From contig DLQJ01000005.1 of NCBI GenBank assembly GCA_002477545.1, positions 1 to 62,539 on the forward strand: a stretch of 62,539 nucleotides of DNA. The letters are read 5' to 3'. Position numbers and translations under genes: made by a program. Position 1 is the stretch's first letter, and every line of letters begins with the position of its first letter. The notes beneath the pieces were generated by a model. It was not told where the DNA came from and searched no databases. It saw nothing but the letters and a program-made list of their open reading frames with translations. Below, piece by piece: positions 27,819-37,504 of this stretch. This DNA comes from Patescibacteria group bacterium UBA7435 (GTDB lineage Bacteria > Patescibacteriota > Minisyncoccia > Phycocordibacterales > UBA918).

Positions 27819-28415
27819 ATGATTCGACACATTCATGGCACTATTGCAGATATAACAGAGGGACAAATTGTCGTTGATGTCTCCGGTGTTGGGTACCTCA
27901 TTAACGTACACCAAACCACCGAACATTTCACACTTGCGTCCGAAATAAAACTCTTTACACACTTGGCGGTACGGGAAACAGCGCAAGATCTCTACGGCTT
28001 CCCTACGCGCGACGAACTAGAGTTATTTACCATTCTTTTGACGCTTCCTAAGATAGGACCAAAGTCTGCATTGCAAATCATGCAAAAAGCAGACAGCGAA
28101 CTATTAAAGACCTCAGTACTCTCGGGTGACGCAGCGCATCTTTCTAAAATGTCAGGGCTTGGGAAGAAAACTGCAGAAAAAGTGGTACTTGGTCTTAAAG
28201 ATGCCTTTGAACATTTTGCAGGCGCATATGCCAACAACACTGAAGTTGATGGAACTGTAGTAGAAGCACCCTTTACAGTTGATGCAGTTGATGCACTTAT
28301 CGCACTTGGATATCCTCAGGCAGATGCACGCAAGGCAATACAAAAACTCTCCCCAGAAATTACCACCGCAACGCAGGCAGTACACGCCGCACTAAAAGAA
28401 CTTGGGAAAGCTTAG
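27819..28415 (+). CDS. ruvA: Holliday junction branch migration complex subunit RuvA
   Basis: MIRHIHGTI...VVDVSGVGYLINV, HhH region LPKIGPKSALQIM / GLGKKTAEKVVLGLK, and a C-terminal domain III. Confidence 0.9.
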   Translation: MIRHIHGTIADITEGQIVVDVSGVGYLINVHQTTEHFTLASEIKLFTHLAVRETAQDLYGFPTRDELELFTILLTLPKIGPKSALQIMQKADSELLKTSVLSGDAAHLSKMSGLGKKTAEKVVLGLKDAFEHFAGAYANNTEVDGTVVEAPFTVDAVDALIALGYPQADARKAIQKLSPEITTATQAVHAALKELGKA

Positions 28416-28477
28416 GGCTCATCACTTTTTACACTTTACAAGTTCCGAAATACTCATCACCGCGTATACTTATATAT

Positions 28478-29767
28478 ATGAATACCGCTTTATACTGGAT
28501 CAAACGACTTATCCCAACTGTCGTCTTAAATAAGATACGTCCACCATATCATTACCTATTGGCATATTTAGGAAATCTTATATATCGTAGTCCCTCAAAA
28601 GAAATTACTGTTATTGCAGTTACTGGAACAAAAGGTAAATCTACCGTAACGGAACTTATCACAGCTATTCTTGAAGCAGATGGAAACAAGGTTGCTTCCC
28701 TTTCAACCATTCAATTTAAATTTGGTGACGACATCCGAAGGAATCTCTACAAGATGACAATGCCCGGGCGATTCTTTGTGCACCAATTTCTTCGCGAAGC
28801 AGTTGATGCGAAATGTACGTACGCGGTTATTGAAATGACTTCTGAGGGAGCAAAACAGTATCGTCATAAATTTGTGGAAATCGATGCACTTGTGTTCACC
28901 AACCTCACTCCTGAACACATTGAATCACATGGCTCATTTGAAAAATATAAATCAGCAAAACTTGAAATCGCAAAGCAGTTAGCAAACTCTGCAAAACAAC
29001 CGCGATACATGGTCGCCAATACCGACGATGCGCACGGACAAGACTTCCTTAATGTGAAAGTTGAAGAGAAACTCCCCTACGGTTTATCGAGCCTCAAGCT
29101 GCACACGTTGCACAAAGATGGAATTGGTCTAATTTTCCAAAATGCAGATGAGGAGATCACTATCCGCGTGCCACTTGTTGGTTTGTTTAATGTATACAAT
29201 ACGCTTGCTGCTATTACACTCACGCGAGCACTTGGTGTACAACTGCGAACGATTGAATCAGCTCTTCGTTCACTACCTCCCATTAAAGGACGCGTCGAAC
29301 ATTTCAGTACTCCTAAAGATGCCGTGAAGCAAGTGACTGCGATCGTCGATTATGCACACACTCCTGACTCGCTTGAGCAACTCTATACTGCATTTAAAGA
29401 TCAGAAGAAAATTGCAGTACTTGGAAACACTGGTGGAGGGCGTGACACATGGAAACGACCAGAGATGGCACACATCGCAGAACAACACTGCGATCACATC
29501 ATCCTCACCAACGAGGATCCGTACGATGAAGACCCACGGAAGATTGTAGACGATATGAGTAAAGGGGTTGAAGATAAATCAAAACTCGAAGTAATCATGG
29601 ATCGACGTATGGCAATCCGTACCGCACTAGAGACTGCGGAAAACGGAGGATATGTTATCATCTCAGGTAAAGGGACCGATCCATACATCATGGGACCACA
29701 CAATACACGACAGCCATGGAGTGATGCGGAGGTAGTAAAGAAAGAATTGGCGGCGTTGGAAGGATAA
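28478..29767 (+). CDS. Mur ligase family protein (MurE-like, short N-terminus)
   Basis: ATP-binding loop VTGTKGKST and a middle/C-terminal Mur ligase pattern. EDPY occupies the position of the MurE DNPR motif. Confidence 0.8.
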   Translation: MNTALYWIKRLIPTVVLNKIRPPYHYLLAYLGNLIYRSPSKEITVIAVTGTKGKSTVTELITAILEADGNKVASLSTIQFKFGDDIRRNLYKMTMPGRFFVHQFLREAVDAKCTYAVIEMTSEGAKQYRHKFVEIDALVFTNLTPEHIESHGSFEKYKSAKLEIAKQLANSAKQPRYMVANTDDAHGQDFLNVKVEEKLPYGLSSLKLHTLHKDGIGLIFQNADEEITIRVPLVGLFNVYNTLAAITLTRALGVQLRTIESALRSLPPIKGRVEHFSTPKDAVKQVTAIVDYAHTPDSLEQLYTAFKDQKKIAVLGNTGGGRDTWKRPEMAHIAEQHCDHIILTNEDPYDEDPRKIVDDMSKGVEDKSKLEVIMDRRMAIRTALETAENGGYVIISGKGTDPYIMGPHNTRQPWSDAEVVKKELAALEG

Positions 29768-29803
29768 TACAAAAGATCGGCGCATAAGCGCCGATCTTTT
29801 GTA
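29768..29803. terminator. bidirectional terminator
   Basis: TACAAAAGATCGGCGC-ATAA-GCGCCGATCTTTTGTA between convergent genes. Confidence 0.75.
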
Positions 29804-29808
29804 TTATG

Positions 29809-30291
29809 TTACTTCTTAAACAAAACTATTCCCATTGTAACTGAGACATTGAGTGACTCCTTCATTCCTGCCATAGGAACTTCCACAATCACATCAGCAA
29901 CATCCAATACTTCTTGATGTACTCCTTCTACTTCAGCACCAAGTATATATACAACTTTTTCTGGAACTTTAAAATCATAGAAAGAAACTGAATTTTTAGA
30001 CTGTTCTATTGCGACTATGGTATACCCTTCTGCTTTAAGTGAGGCAATGCATGTGAGTGTTTCTTCTACTGATTCGCTGTCGCTTGCTCCAATGTGTTCC
30101 CAGGACATACTTTCACTTGCTCCTAAGGAGGTTTTAACTATTTCTGGCTGTGGTCGACCGAAGCGGTCAATTGGAGTTGGAGTTGGACCTATGAGATATA
30201 TCTTTTCTACTCCAGCGCCGTCGGCGGAGCGAAAGATAGAGCCCACGTTGTAGGCGGAGCGGATGTTGTCGAGAATGAGAAGTTTTTGCAT
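29809..30291 (-). CDS. SpoU/TrmH-family RNA 2'-O-methyltransferase
   Basis: MQKLLILDNIRSAYNVGSIFRSADGAG, and C-terminal ESLNVSVTMGIVLF. ATG at 30291 (the ORF-track start is GTG). Confidence 0.8.
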   Translation of the reverse strand: MQKLLILDNIRSAYNVGSIFRSADGAGVEKIYLIGPTPTPIDRFGRPQPEIVKTSLGASESMSWEHIGASDSESVEETLTCIASLKAEGYTIVAIEQSKNSVSFYDFKVPEKVVYILGAEVEGVHQEVLDVADVIVEVPMAGMKESLNVSVTMGIVLFKK

Positions 30292-30339
30292 AATATAAAA
30301 AATATAGGTGTGCAGAATAGTACCTCTGCACACCTATTA

Positions 30340-30711
30340 TTACAACTTTGCTCCACCTACGGGAGGAACAAATATACTGTACGGAATAAATCTCAACTCT
30401 CCTTCATTTTCATAAGGTAAGTAGCCATACGCCACAGACCCTTTAAATCCAATTTGATGAAATGTATTTATTTCTTTTTCGGTGATCTCAATCTTGTAGT
30501 TTTTAGTACAGTATTTTTCTTCTATGTACGTATTGATAAGTATCGAAGTTATCTTTTTGTCTTTTCGTGGACGTTCTTTTGCAAGATCAATCGCATACTC
30601 AGATTTGACGCAAATAAAAATGTAATCCGTATCTGCAAAAACTGTATTTATAGATACAAACCAAAACCCTATCGCAATAAAAATAGCCTGACACTGCCTC
30701 CTGATGAACAT
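30340..30711 (-). CDS. secreted hypothetical protein
   Basis: Signal-like N-terminus ...IGFWFVSINTVFA. 123 aa. Confidence 0.5.
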   Translation of the reverse strand: MFIRRQCQAIFIAIGFWFVSINTVFADTDYIFICVKSEYAIDLAKERPRKDKKITSILINTYIEEKYCTKNYKIEITEKEINTFHQIGFKGSVAYGYLPYENEGELRFIPYSIFVPPVGGAKL

Positions 30712-30861
30712 TTAACCCCTTCCCTTTCTCTGTGGTGGATTGATAAACGTATCATAAAGGATTTTTAGAGATATGTCATATTTTGAACGCAATGAAAGGA
30801 ACTTGTTTACAATATATGATGTGCAGGGGCGACAAATTTTAATAATTGTTATACTTTCCTC

Positions 30862-31296
30862 ATGATAAATAGATTTACCTACATAGGAGCCTCTTATTTA
30901 TTTCTTGTAAGAGATAATAAAATCTTATTACAAAGACGCTTTCAAACTGGTTTTGAAGATGGTAACTATGGTGTACCTGCAGGCCATTTGGATGGAAACG
31001 AAACAGCTAGAGAAGGTTGTATTCGAGAAGTAAAAGAGGAAATTGGTATTGATTTAAAAATTGAAGATCTGGAAGTCGTCCACATCATGCACCGCAAAGC
31101 GTTACAGGACGAGCGAATTGATTTCTTTATGATAACAAAATCATATGCTGGAGAAATCATAAACTGTGAACCTGATAAATGTGACGACCTTAGTTGGTTT
31201 TCGTTGGATGAGCTGCCTGAGAATATCGTTGATTATGTAAAAATTGCGATACATCATTACAAAGATGGTATTAACTATTCTGAGTTTGGGTGGTAG
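30862..31296 (+). CDS. NUDIX hydrolase
   Basis: Nudix box GHLDGNETAREGCIREVKEEIGI. Confidence 0.8.
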   Translation: MINRFTYIGASYLFLVRDNKILLQRRFQTGFEDGNYGVPAGHLDGNETAREGCIREVKEEIGIDLKIEDLEVVHIMHRKALQDERIDFFMITKSYAGEIINCEPDKCDDLSWFSLDELPENIVDYVKIAIHHYKDGINYSEFGW

Positions 31297-31382
31297 AGAT
31301 TTTTTGCGAGAGGAGTGTGGCAATCTAGAAGTTTTGTTGTAATACAGTGTTTTTAGAATTGAAGAAACATATGTTTATCGGA

Positions 31383-31590
31383 CTTGATCCTTACAGGATC
31401 GGTACAGGTTGTCGATATTTCTTACAAAATATCAGGCAACCTTTTCAAGTCCTGGTGGGCGTGGCTGATATTAAAAACCTAGGTCCACCAGGAATCTTGA
31501 TCCTTACAGGATCGGTACAGATTGTCGATATTTCTTACAAAATATCAGGCAACCTTTTCAAGTCCTGGTGGGCGTGGCTGATATTAAAAA
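31383..31590. repeat. two 95-nt direct repeats (113-nt period) carrying tRNA-Lys 3'-end fragments
   Basis: 31383-31477 and 31496-31590 differ at one position. Each contains TTCAAGTCCTGGTGGGCG (31444-31461, 31557-31574), identical to the tRNA-Lys T-loop/acceptor but in inverted orientation. Confidence 0.8.
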
Positions 31591-31624
31591 ACAAAACAGT
31601 GCTTAAGCACTGTTTTGTTTTTAT
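31586..31624. terminator. bidirectional terminator downstream of tRNA-Lys
   Basis: AAAACAAAACAGTGC-TTAA-GCACTGTTTTGTTTT. Confidence 0.75.
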
Positions 31625-31629
31625 ATCAG

Positions 31630-31702
31630 TCCGCCCACCAGGACTTGAACCTGGGACACAAGGATTAAGAGTCCTCTGCTCTACCAACTGAGCTATAGGC
31701 GG
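31630..31702 (-). tRNA. tRNA-Lys (anticodon CTT)
   Basis: Reverse complement folds as acceptor CCGCCTA/TGGGCGG, D-arm GCTCAGTTGGTAGAGC, anticodon loop CTCTTAA, T-arm CCAGGTTCAAGTCCTGG. Confidence 0.85.
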
Positions 31703-31795
31703 ATAGTGTGATCCTTCCGTATCACAATGAGCAAAACTATAGCACAAAGACGAAAAAAAACGAGTCCTTGAACAGTTTCTGCTATAGTTCTAACT

Positions 31796-32518
31796 ATGTC
31801 TATCTTCCCAGAACATATATTCTGCTCTGCCTCAACAGTCTCCGACGGTAATATGTCATTTCGTTTTGGTAATTCTGTACAAACGGCTGAAAGTCGACGA
31901 CAATTTCTTTTAAAAAACTGTATTGATTTTAAACAACATATCGCAATGAAGTGTGATCACAGTCAGATTATTACTACCGTTACTAAAAACACCCCAGAAC
32001 GTGGGGCGGAAACACAAAAACAAATGCTCTCAAGTGAAGTGCTGGTCACTCAAGAAAAAGGATTGGCACTAGTGCTACTGACTGCCGACTGTCTGCCCGT
32101 CTCTTTTTATGACCCCATAACTCAAACCATTGCGTTGGCACATTTTAGTCGACAGACTATCGCACAAGAACTGCCCAAGAAAACTATTGTCTATCTAAAG
32201 GAAACACACCAGGTACATCCCTCTGATCTACTTATATATGTAGGGCCACACATTAGTACAGCATCGTATCACTTCTCCTCTCCACTACCTTCGGTTGCTC
32301 CAGCTATTGCTCCGCACATAACAGAAACAGACAACCAAGCGCATATAAATTTAGTTGCTGCATTGCGAACACAATTAGGACCTTTTACTATTTCTGAAAA
32401 AAATATCAACATCTCCGAGATTGATACCGCAACATCCCCAGACTACTTTTCATATTTCCAAAGCAAAAAAGAAAACACCCCTGATGGGCGTTTTGCTACG
32501 GTTCTGATGATGCGCTAA
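31796..32518 (+). CDS. pgeF: YfiH/PgeF-family (laccase-domain, peptidoglycan editing factor-like) protein
   Basis: LLTADCLPVSFYD motif and LAHFSRQ / GPHIS segments typical of DUF152/YfiH. Confidence 0.8.
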   Translation: MSIFPEHIFCSASTVSDGNMSFRFGNSVQTAESRRQFLLKNCIDFKQHIAMKCDHSQIITTVTKNTPERGAETQKQMLSSEVLVTQEKGLALVLLTADCLPVSFYDPITQTIALAHFSRQTIAQELPKKTIVYLKETHQVHPSDLLIYVGPHISTASYHFSSPLPSVAPAIAPHITETDNQAHINLVAALRTQLGPFTISEKNINISEIDTATSPDYFSYFQSKKENTPDGRFATVLMMR

Positions 32519-32552
32519 CATTCATCTTCTTACCGTTACTCAAAATAGAGCA

Positions 32553-33245
32553 TTACTTCAGTAAAGTAACTTTAAAAACATTTCCAATAACACCAACCAA
32601 CACACCAAGGAGAACAAAACCAAAGAAGCGAGCCAGCACATACACGACACCTCCAAGATTCGTCAGTGGCTGCTCAACAGGAATACCGCCTGCAAATACC
32701 TGCATAGCCCACCACATACCAGCTGGGATACTAGCAAATTCTTGAACATCAGCTTCAAATAGATATATAAGTGTGCCCGTTAACAATAATCCCAAAATAA
32801 GTAGCGAACAATAAATAACAGCGTTGAGACCAACTACACCAATGGACTCATCCGTACGGTTTTTTAAATGTGACAATTTCGCAATCCGGACTATCCGTAA
32901 TAGTCGTACCACACGCAGTGCACGTGCTGACTTTAAGAACGTTAAATTACCAGCCCCAATAAAAGTTGGGAGAATAGCCAACAAATCGACTATTCCAAAA
33001 AAACTTATTAGATAGCGCCATGTTGGATTACTAACCCATAAACGGGCTAGATATTCAATTGAAAAAAGCACTACCGCCAACCACTCAATGGCCGTAAATA
33101 GCCAAATATATTCCGCCAAGCTTGGTACGGTTTCTAACACTAAACTCACCACCGACATAATCGTTACCACAGCAAGAACATCGCTGATATAAAAAAAGTA
33201 GCGGTTGGTGGGGTCACTCAAAATTGATCTGATAACTTCTTTCAT
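32553..33245 (-). CDS. ion transport (voltage-sensor-containing) channel family protein
   Basis: S4-like RALRVVRLLRIVRIAKL and six hydrophobic segments. No GYG filter seen. ATG at 33245 avoids overlap with the upstream gene. Confidence 0.75.
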   Translation of the reverse strand: MKEVIRSILSDPTNRYFFYISDVLAVVTIMSVVSLVLETVPSLAEYIWLFTAIEWLAVVLFSIEYLARLWVSNPTWRYLISFFGIVDLLAILPTFIGAGNLTFLKSARALRVVRLLRIVRIAKLSHLKNRTDESIGVVGLNAVIYCSLLILGLLLTGTLIYLFEADVQEFASIPAGMWWAMQVFAGGIPVEQPLTNLGGVVYVLARFFGFVLLGVLVGVIGNVFKVTLLK

Positions 33246-33252
33246 GTATGCA

Positions 33253-33954
33253 TTATAACGTAAGCATCCATTTCTCAAGTGCCACATCTATATCTACCTT
33301 CCCTAAGTGGCCATCGTGATACACAGCAAGTAGTCCGAGCGAAATCTTCTCAAGCTCTCCATCTTTAAATACTGAGAGTGCTTGCTTTGCTTTGTTATAT
33401 GGAAAATCTTTCATGCCTGCCTCTGTGGCACTACTAGTATTTTTAGCTAGGCGCATACTTTTTAACTGCCACCAAAGTGTCCCAATAATTTCTTCAGCGC
33501 TGAGGTTTGCACGCCTTGCATCTTGTAGTTGTAGCCATAGCATCTTTTTATCTTTTCGAGAAAGTGAGTCGGCCATTGCAAATGCATTAAAGCGTTCAGA
33601 GGCAGCTTTCTTCGACTCATCGATTTTGTCTGTATACTTCTCAAACTTTTTCTTTTGTGGAGCGAGTAATCCTGCTTCAAGTATTACAAAGGTATTTACA
33701 GAAGCTGCGAGCACTTCAAGGTTCGCAAGCACATCTTCATAGATCTCTTTTTTTACTGACGGTGTATCAATAATATAAAGTGTCTGTTCTCCAAACAGTG
33801 ACGTAGCCCCAGCTATGTCAGCAAACACCCCTTCCGCATAGTTCTCAGCATCAATACGTTCAATCTTAATCCCTTGTGCTTCTTGGGTTGCAACAAATGC
33901 ATGCACCTTTTCTCGCACTGTAATAGTATCGTTTCCGTAATAGAGATGGATCAT
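33253..33954 (-). CDS. probable DNA polymerase III delta subunit (HolA-like)
   Basis: 233 aa. N-terminal MIHLYYGND...LFGEQTLYIIDTPS resembles the HolA N-domain. Weak assignment. Confidence 0.5.
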   Translation of the reverse strand: MIHLYYGNDTITVREKVHAFVATQEAQGIKIERIDAENYAEGVFADIAGATSLFGEQTLYIIDTPSVKKEIYEDVLANLEVLAASVNTFVILEAGLLAPQKKKFEKYTDKIDESKKAASERFNAFAMADSLSRKDKKMLWLQLQDARRANLSAEEIIGTLWWQLKSMRLAKNTSSATEAGMKDFPYNKAKQALSVFKDGELEKISLGLLAVYHDGHLGKVDIDVALEKWMLTL

Positions 33955-34056
33955 AGCTACATAATACCGCGCCTCCCTGAGAAAGTCATTTTGTTGACAA
34001 TAGTCTAAATTTATTGTTATATAGACTTAAATTAGTTCATACAGGAGTACTAGAAC

Positions 34057-34188
34057 ATGAGAATACTTATCGTTGATGACGACAGAAGGCCCGCCCAATC
34101 AATCAAAATGTACTTTGAGACTAAGGGTCATGAAGTGTGTTGGGTTACTAACGAAAGGAGAACTTATGAAGATTCTACTTGTAGATGA
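34057..34188 (+). pseudogene. truncated response-regulator receiver fragment (43 codons)
   Basis: MRILIVDDDRRPAQSIKMYFETKGHEVCWVTNERR... then a stop. It covers only the first beta-alpha-beta of a REC domain and overlaps the start of the intact REC gene in another frame. Confidence 0.45.
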
Positions 34189-34543
34189 CGACCTCAATCT
34201 TTTGAAGATAATTAATACTCTTCTTGCTGGGGCAGGTCACACTGTTTTGATGGTTGGAAATGGTATCCAAGCGCAAAGTGCTCTGAGATTTGATACCTAT
34301 GATGCAGTAATCACTGACGTCCAAATGCCTAAAGCTTCTGGACTGCATGTCCTAGGTTTTATGTCTAAGGAGGAAATATCAACACCAACTCTAATCCATA
34401 GTAGTGAAAGTAATTTCTATGGTGCCGACATCAAAAAAACCATCGCGGATTCTGGATGGGACTTTGCGACCTTTCATCATAAACGAGATGAACGATGGGA
34501 AGAGTACGTCCCTGCATTTCTCGAAGAAATCAAAGCTGCATAA
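34166..34543 (+). CDS. single-domain response regulator (receiver only)
   Basis: MKILLVDDDLNLLKII..., phospho-acceptor context AVITDVQMP. AGGAG RBS upstream of ATG 34166. Confidence 0.8.
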   Translation: MKILLVDDDLNLLKIINTLLAGAGHTVLMVGNGIQAQSALRFDTYDAVITDVQMPKASGLHVLGFMSKEEISTPTLIHSSESNFYGADIKKTIADSGWDFATFHHKRDERWEEYVPAFLEEIKAA

Positions 34544-34580
34544 CGACACAGGCCGAGAGCAATTGCTCTCGGCCTGCTTT

Positions 34581-36968
34581 TTATATTTCGCTTAACTCAG
34601 CCCAATTAGGTCCAACCGCTGCATCTACAAGTATCGGTACTCCCAATGACTGTTCCTCCGTCAACACTCCTTCCATAATTTTCACTAATTTCTTTGTCTC
34701 CTTTTTTACTTCGCTATCTTTAATTTCAAAAATAAGTTCATCGTGTACCTGAAGCAACATCTTTACCTCCTCTTCCTTCTTCCCTTTCTTGATGTACATA
34801 AATACATTATTCATCGCTATACGCATAACGTCTGCAGCAGTTCCTTGTACTGGCGCATTAATTGCCATACGTTCTGCTTGTGCGCGTAAGAACGGTACTG
34901 AAGAATTAATCCCTGGGAAATGTCGACGTCGACCGAACATGGTCTGTGTGTATCCATTAAGACGTGCAAGACTCTTGGTCTCTTCAAGGTATTCAGCAAG
35001 ACGCGTGAAGGTATTAAAGTACGCGTTTAAAAATTCCTGTGCTTCTTCGCGAGTAGTTCCCTCTCCTAGGTTTGCTCGCAATGCGTTAACTCCCATTCCA
35101 TAAAGAATTCCAAAGTTAATTACTTTTGCTTTCCGGCGCATGTCGCTGGTTACCTCATCCAAAGCCACCCCAAACACTCGTGATGCTACTCCTGCATGCA
35201 CATCTTCACCGTTTTTGAAGATTTCCATAAGCTTCGCGTCTTCTGAAAGAATTGCAGCAATACGTAGCTCAATCTGCGAGTAGTCGATAGACACAATCTG
35301 ATATCCTTTTTGTGCCGTGAATCCTTTACGAATCGCCTTGCTCTCTTCTGTTCGTACGGGAATATTCTGCACATTTGGATCTTTGCTGGCCATACGCCCC
35401 GTTACCGTACCACTCTGCAAAAGTGTTGAACGAAGGCGTCCATCCTTACTCACTAAGGTTGGTAAGTTATCGATATACGTAGAGACAAGTTTTTGTAACT
35501 CACGGTAGCGCAGAATCTCTGCGATGATCGGGTGATCGTCGCGCATTTTCTCGAGCTCACTTTCTTTAGTTGAGCGCTGTCCTCCGGCGGTCTTCTTTTG
35601 ATTCTTTGGTTTCAACTCAAGCATGTCGTAGAGTACTTCACCCACCTGCTTTGGTGAATTGATATTAAAATCCATTCCTGCATGTTTGTGAATACTCTTT
35701 TGTAAGCTATCAAGTTCTTTGTGCATTTTCTTGGAAAGCGTCAGGAGGTATTTGGTGTCCAGTGTAATACCAACACCATTCATATATGTCACCACTTCCA
35801 TAAGTGGTACTTCGATATTTTCTAAAACGTCTGTAAGTTTTTGGTCTTTAATTTTGGCAGCTAGCTTTTCTTCAATCTCTTTAAAATCAATGGTATCAAA
35901 ATATGACCGACCGTAATCAATGATGTCATCGTACGTTGCATTAGTTCGTTCACTCTCAAGAAGCCAGAGCATGATTGATACGCGTGCAACATCAACATCT
36001 TTTGCGCCACTACCAGCTTGATCAATAGAAATTTCTTCAGCAAGGTCAAATGTATTTCGAATGCGTGCAGCGAGTGTTCGAAATCCAAGCTCTGCAAACA
36101 ATGAAAGCATTGCGTCAGTGTCTGCTGCCTCCTTCCAATGTACGGACGGTAGTTCGTAGGTTACGGGCACATCAGTACGAATGGTCGCAAGCATTTTTGA
36201 AAATTGTGCATCTTCTTCATGCTCCTTAAGAAGATTAATGATTCGAGGTTTAATACCAGCATCAAGAAATTGTTGTTCGTCTTTTTTGAGTTTCTTGTAT
36301 ATTGCATCAATAGAACCAAACGTTGTGATCAATATTGTTGCAGTCTTCTCTCCAATACCTGGAATACCGGGAATATTGTCTGACGCGTCTCCACGCAATC
36401 CTTTATAGTCAGGTACCATCTTTGGACCAAAACCAAACCGTTCTTTTACAGCACTCTCGTCATACATCACGGTATCTTTAATACCCTTTCGCATGGTGTA
36501 TACCTGCACACGTTTCTTGTCCACGCATTGGAGCGTATCCATATCACCCGAAGCAATAATTACTGCTATATCTTTGTTGTCTTTCAACTGGAATGGAATA
36601 GTTCCTAAAAGGTCGTCGGCCTCAAAACCTGACTTTTCATAAATAGGTATATTAAACGCCTCAAAAATATCGCGTGAGCGGATGATCTGTTTTACCAACT
36701 CATCATCAGTCTTCTTTCGCCCTCCTTTGTATTCTTTATATGCATCATGCCGGTACGTTGGCTCCGGAAGGTCGTAACATGCAGCGATGTAGTCTGGCTT
36801 TACATCTTCAGCAATTTTAAGCAGCATGGCAATTACTCCATAGAGTGCTCCGGTAGGTTCACCAGTGGTAGACGCAAAGTCAGGAAGTGCGTGATACGCA
36901 CGGTGCAAAATTGCATGTGCATCAAGCAATACAAGTGTTTTCTTTTCAGGATTTTTTTTAGGTGCCAT
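34581..36968 (-). CDS. polA: DNA polymerase I
   Basis: 5'-3' exonuclease N-domain (LLDAHAILHRAYHA, GDASDNIPGIPGIGEKTA). Pol motifs A DYSQIELR, B RRKAKVINFGILYG, C LQVHDE. Confidence 0.95.
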   Translation of the reverse strand: MAPKKNPEKKTLVLLDAHAILHRAYHALPDFASTTGEPTGALYGVIAMLLKIAEDVKPDYIAACYDLPEPTYRHDAYKEYKGGRKKTDDELVKQIIRSRDIFEAFNIPIYEKSGFEADDLLGTIPFQLKDNKDIAVIIASGDMDTLQCVDKKRVQVYTMRKGIKDTVMYDESAVKERFGFGPKMVPDYKGLRGDASDNIPGIPGIGEKTATILITTFGSIDAIYKKLKKDEQQFLDAGIKPRIINLLKEHEEDAQFSKMLATIRTDVPVTYELPSVHWKEAADTDAMLSLFAELGFRTLAARIRNTFDLAEEISIDQAGSGAKDVDVARVSIMLWLLESERTNATYDDIIDYGRSYFDTIDFKEIEEKLAAKIKDQKLTDVLENIEVPLMEVVTYMNGVGITLDTKYLLTLSKKMHKELDSLQKSIHKHAGMDFNINSPKQVGEVLYDMLELKPKNQKKTAGGQRSTKESELEKMRDDHPIIAEILRYRELQKLVSTYIDNLPTLVSKDGRLRSTLLQSGTVTGRMASKDPNVQNIPVRTEESKAIRKGFTAQKGYQIVSIDYSQIELRIAAILSEDAKLMEIFKNGEDVHAGVASRVFGVALDEVTSDMRRKAKVINFGILYGMGVNALRANLGEGTTREEAQEFLNAYFNTFTRLAEYLEETKSLARLNGYTQTMFGRRRHFPGINSSVPFLRAQAERMAINAPVQGTAADVMRIAMNNVFMYIKKGKKEEEVKMLLQVHDELIFEIKDSEVKKETKKLVKIMEGVLTEEQSLGVPILVDAAVGPNWAELSEI

Positions 36969-37404
36969 GAGTGATTGTTATATTTCGATTTTCCCCGTCA
37001 TGTTCGAACGTAACGTGAATAGTGTCTTCCGGCAGAAGGACTGCTATATTCTCTGCCCATTCAATACACATGATAGTACCTTTTTCTGCCAATAACTCTT
37101 CAAACCCTAGAACCCGCATCTCGTCAATTTCTTCTATACGGTATGCATCAATATGTATAAGTTCTTCAAATGACTGACCTTCAAGCGGGTATTTCTTCAT
37201 CACTACAAACGTAGGGCTCGTAACCACCTCAATCACACCAAGTTGCTTTGCGAGTATTTGGGTAAAGGTGGTTTTTCCTGCACCTAAATTTCCGTGTAAT
37301 GCACACACTACCGCAGTCTCTCCTTTTTTCTGTACTGCAAGATCAAGTACACTCCGCGCCACCCCGTCTAGTTCTGAAATATCAGTAATATGCATCGTTT
37401 CCAT
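36958..37404 (-). CDS. tsaE: tRNA t6A biosynthesis ATPase TsaE (YjeE)
   Basis: LHGNLGAGKTTF P-loop and VTSPTF motif. Overlaps the polA start by 11 nt. Confidence 0.85.
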   Translation of the reverse strand: METMHITDISELDGVARSVLDLAVQKKGETAVVCALHGNLGAGKTTFTQILAKQLGVIEVVTSPTFVVMKKYPLEGQSFEELIHIDAYRIEEIDEMRVLGFEELLAEKGTIMCIEWAENIAVLLPEDTIHVTFEHDGENRNITITHGT

Positions 37405-37504
37405 AATAAAGGCATTGTATCATTTTTTACTCTCTGGTAGATGTTCAGGGGTCAGGAAGTAAAAAGACCCAGAACATTGTCAGGGTCTTTAATAAATTAT
37501 TTTA

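Noticed and set aside
31383-31590. Possible CRISPR array
   Set aside because: There are only two repeat units, each 95 nt long, separated by an 18-nt spacer. This is not CRISPR geometry. No other short regularly spaced repeats were noticed in the window.
31347-31691. 114-aa plus-strand ORF
   Set aside because: It spans the two 95-nt direct repeats, a terminator hairpin and most of the tRNA-Lys gene. The repeated peptide segments are a by-product of the DNA repeat.
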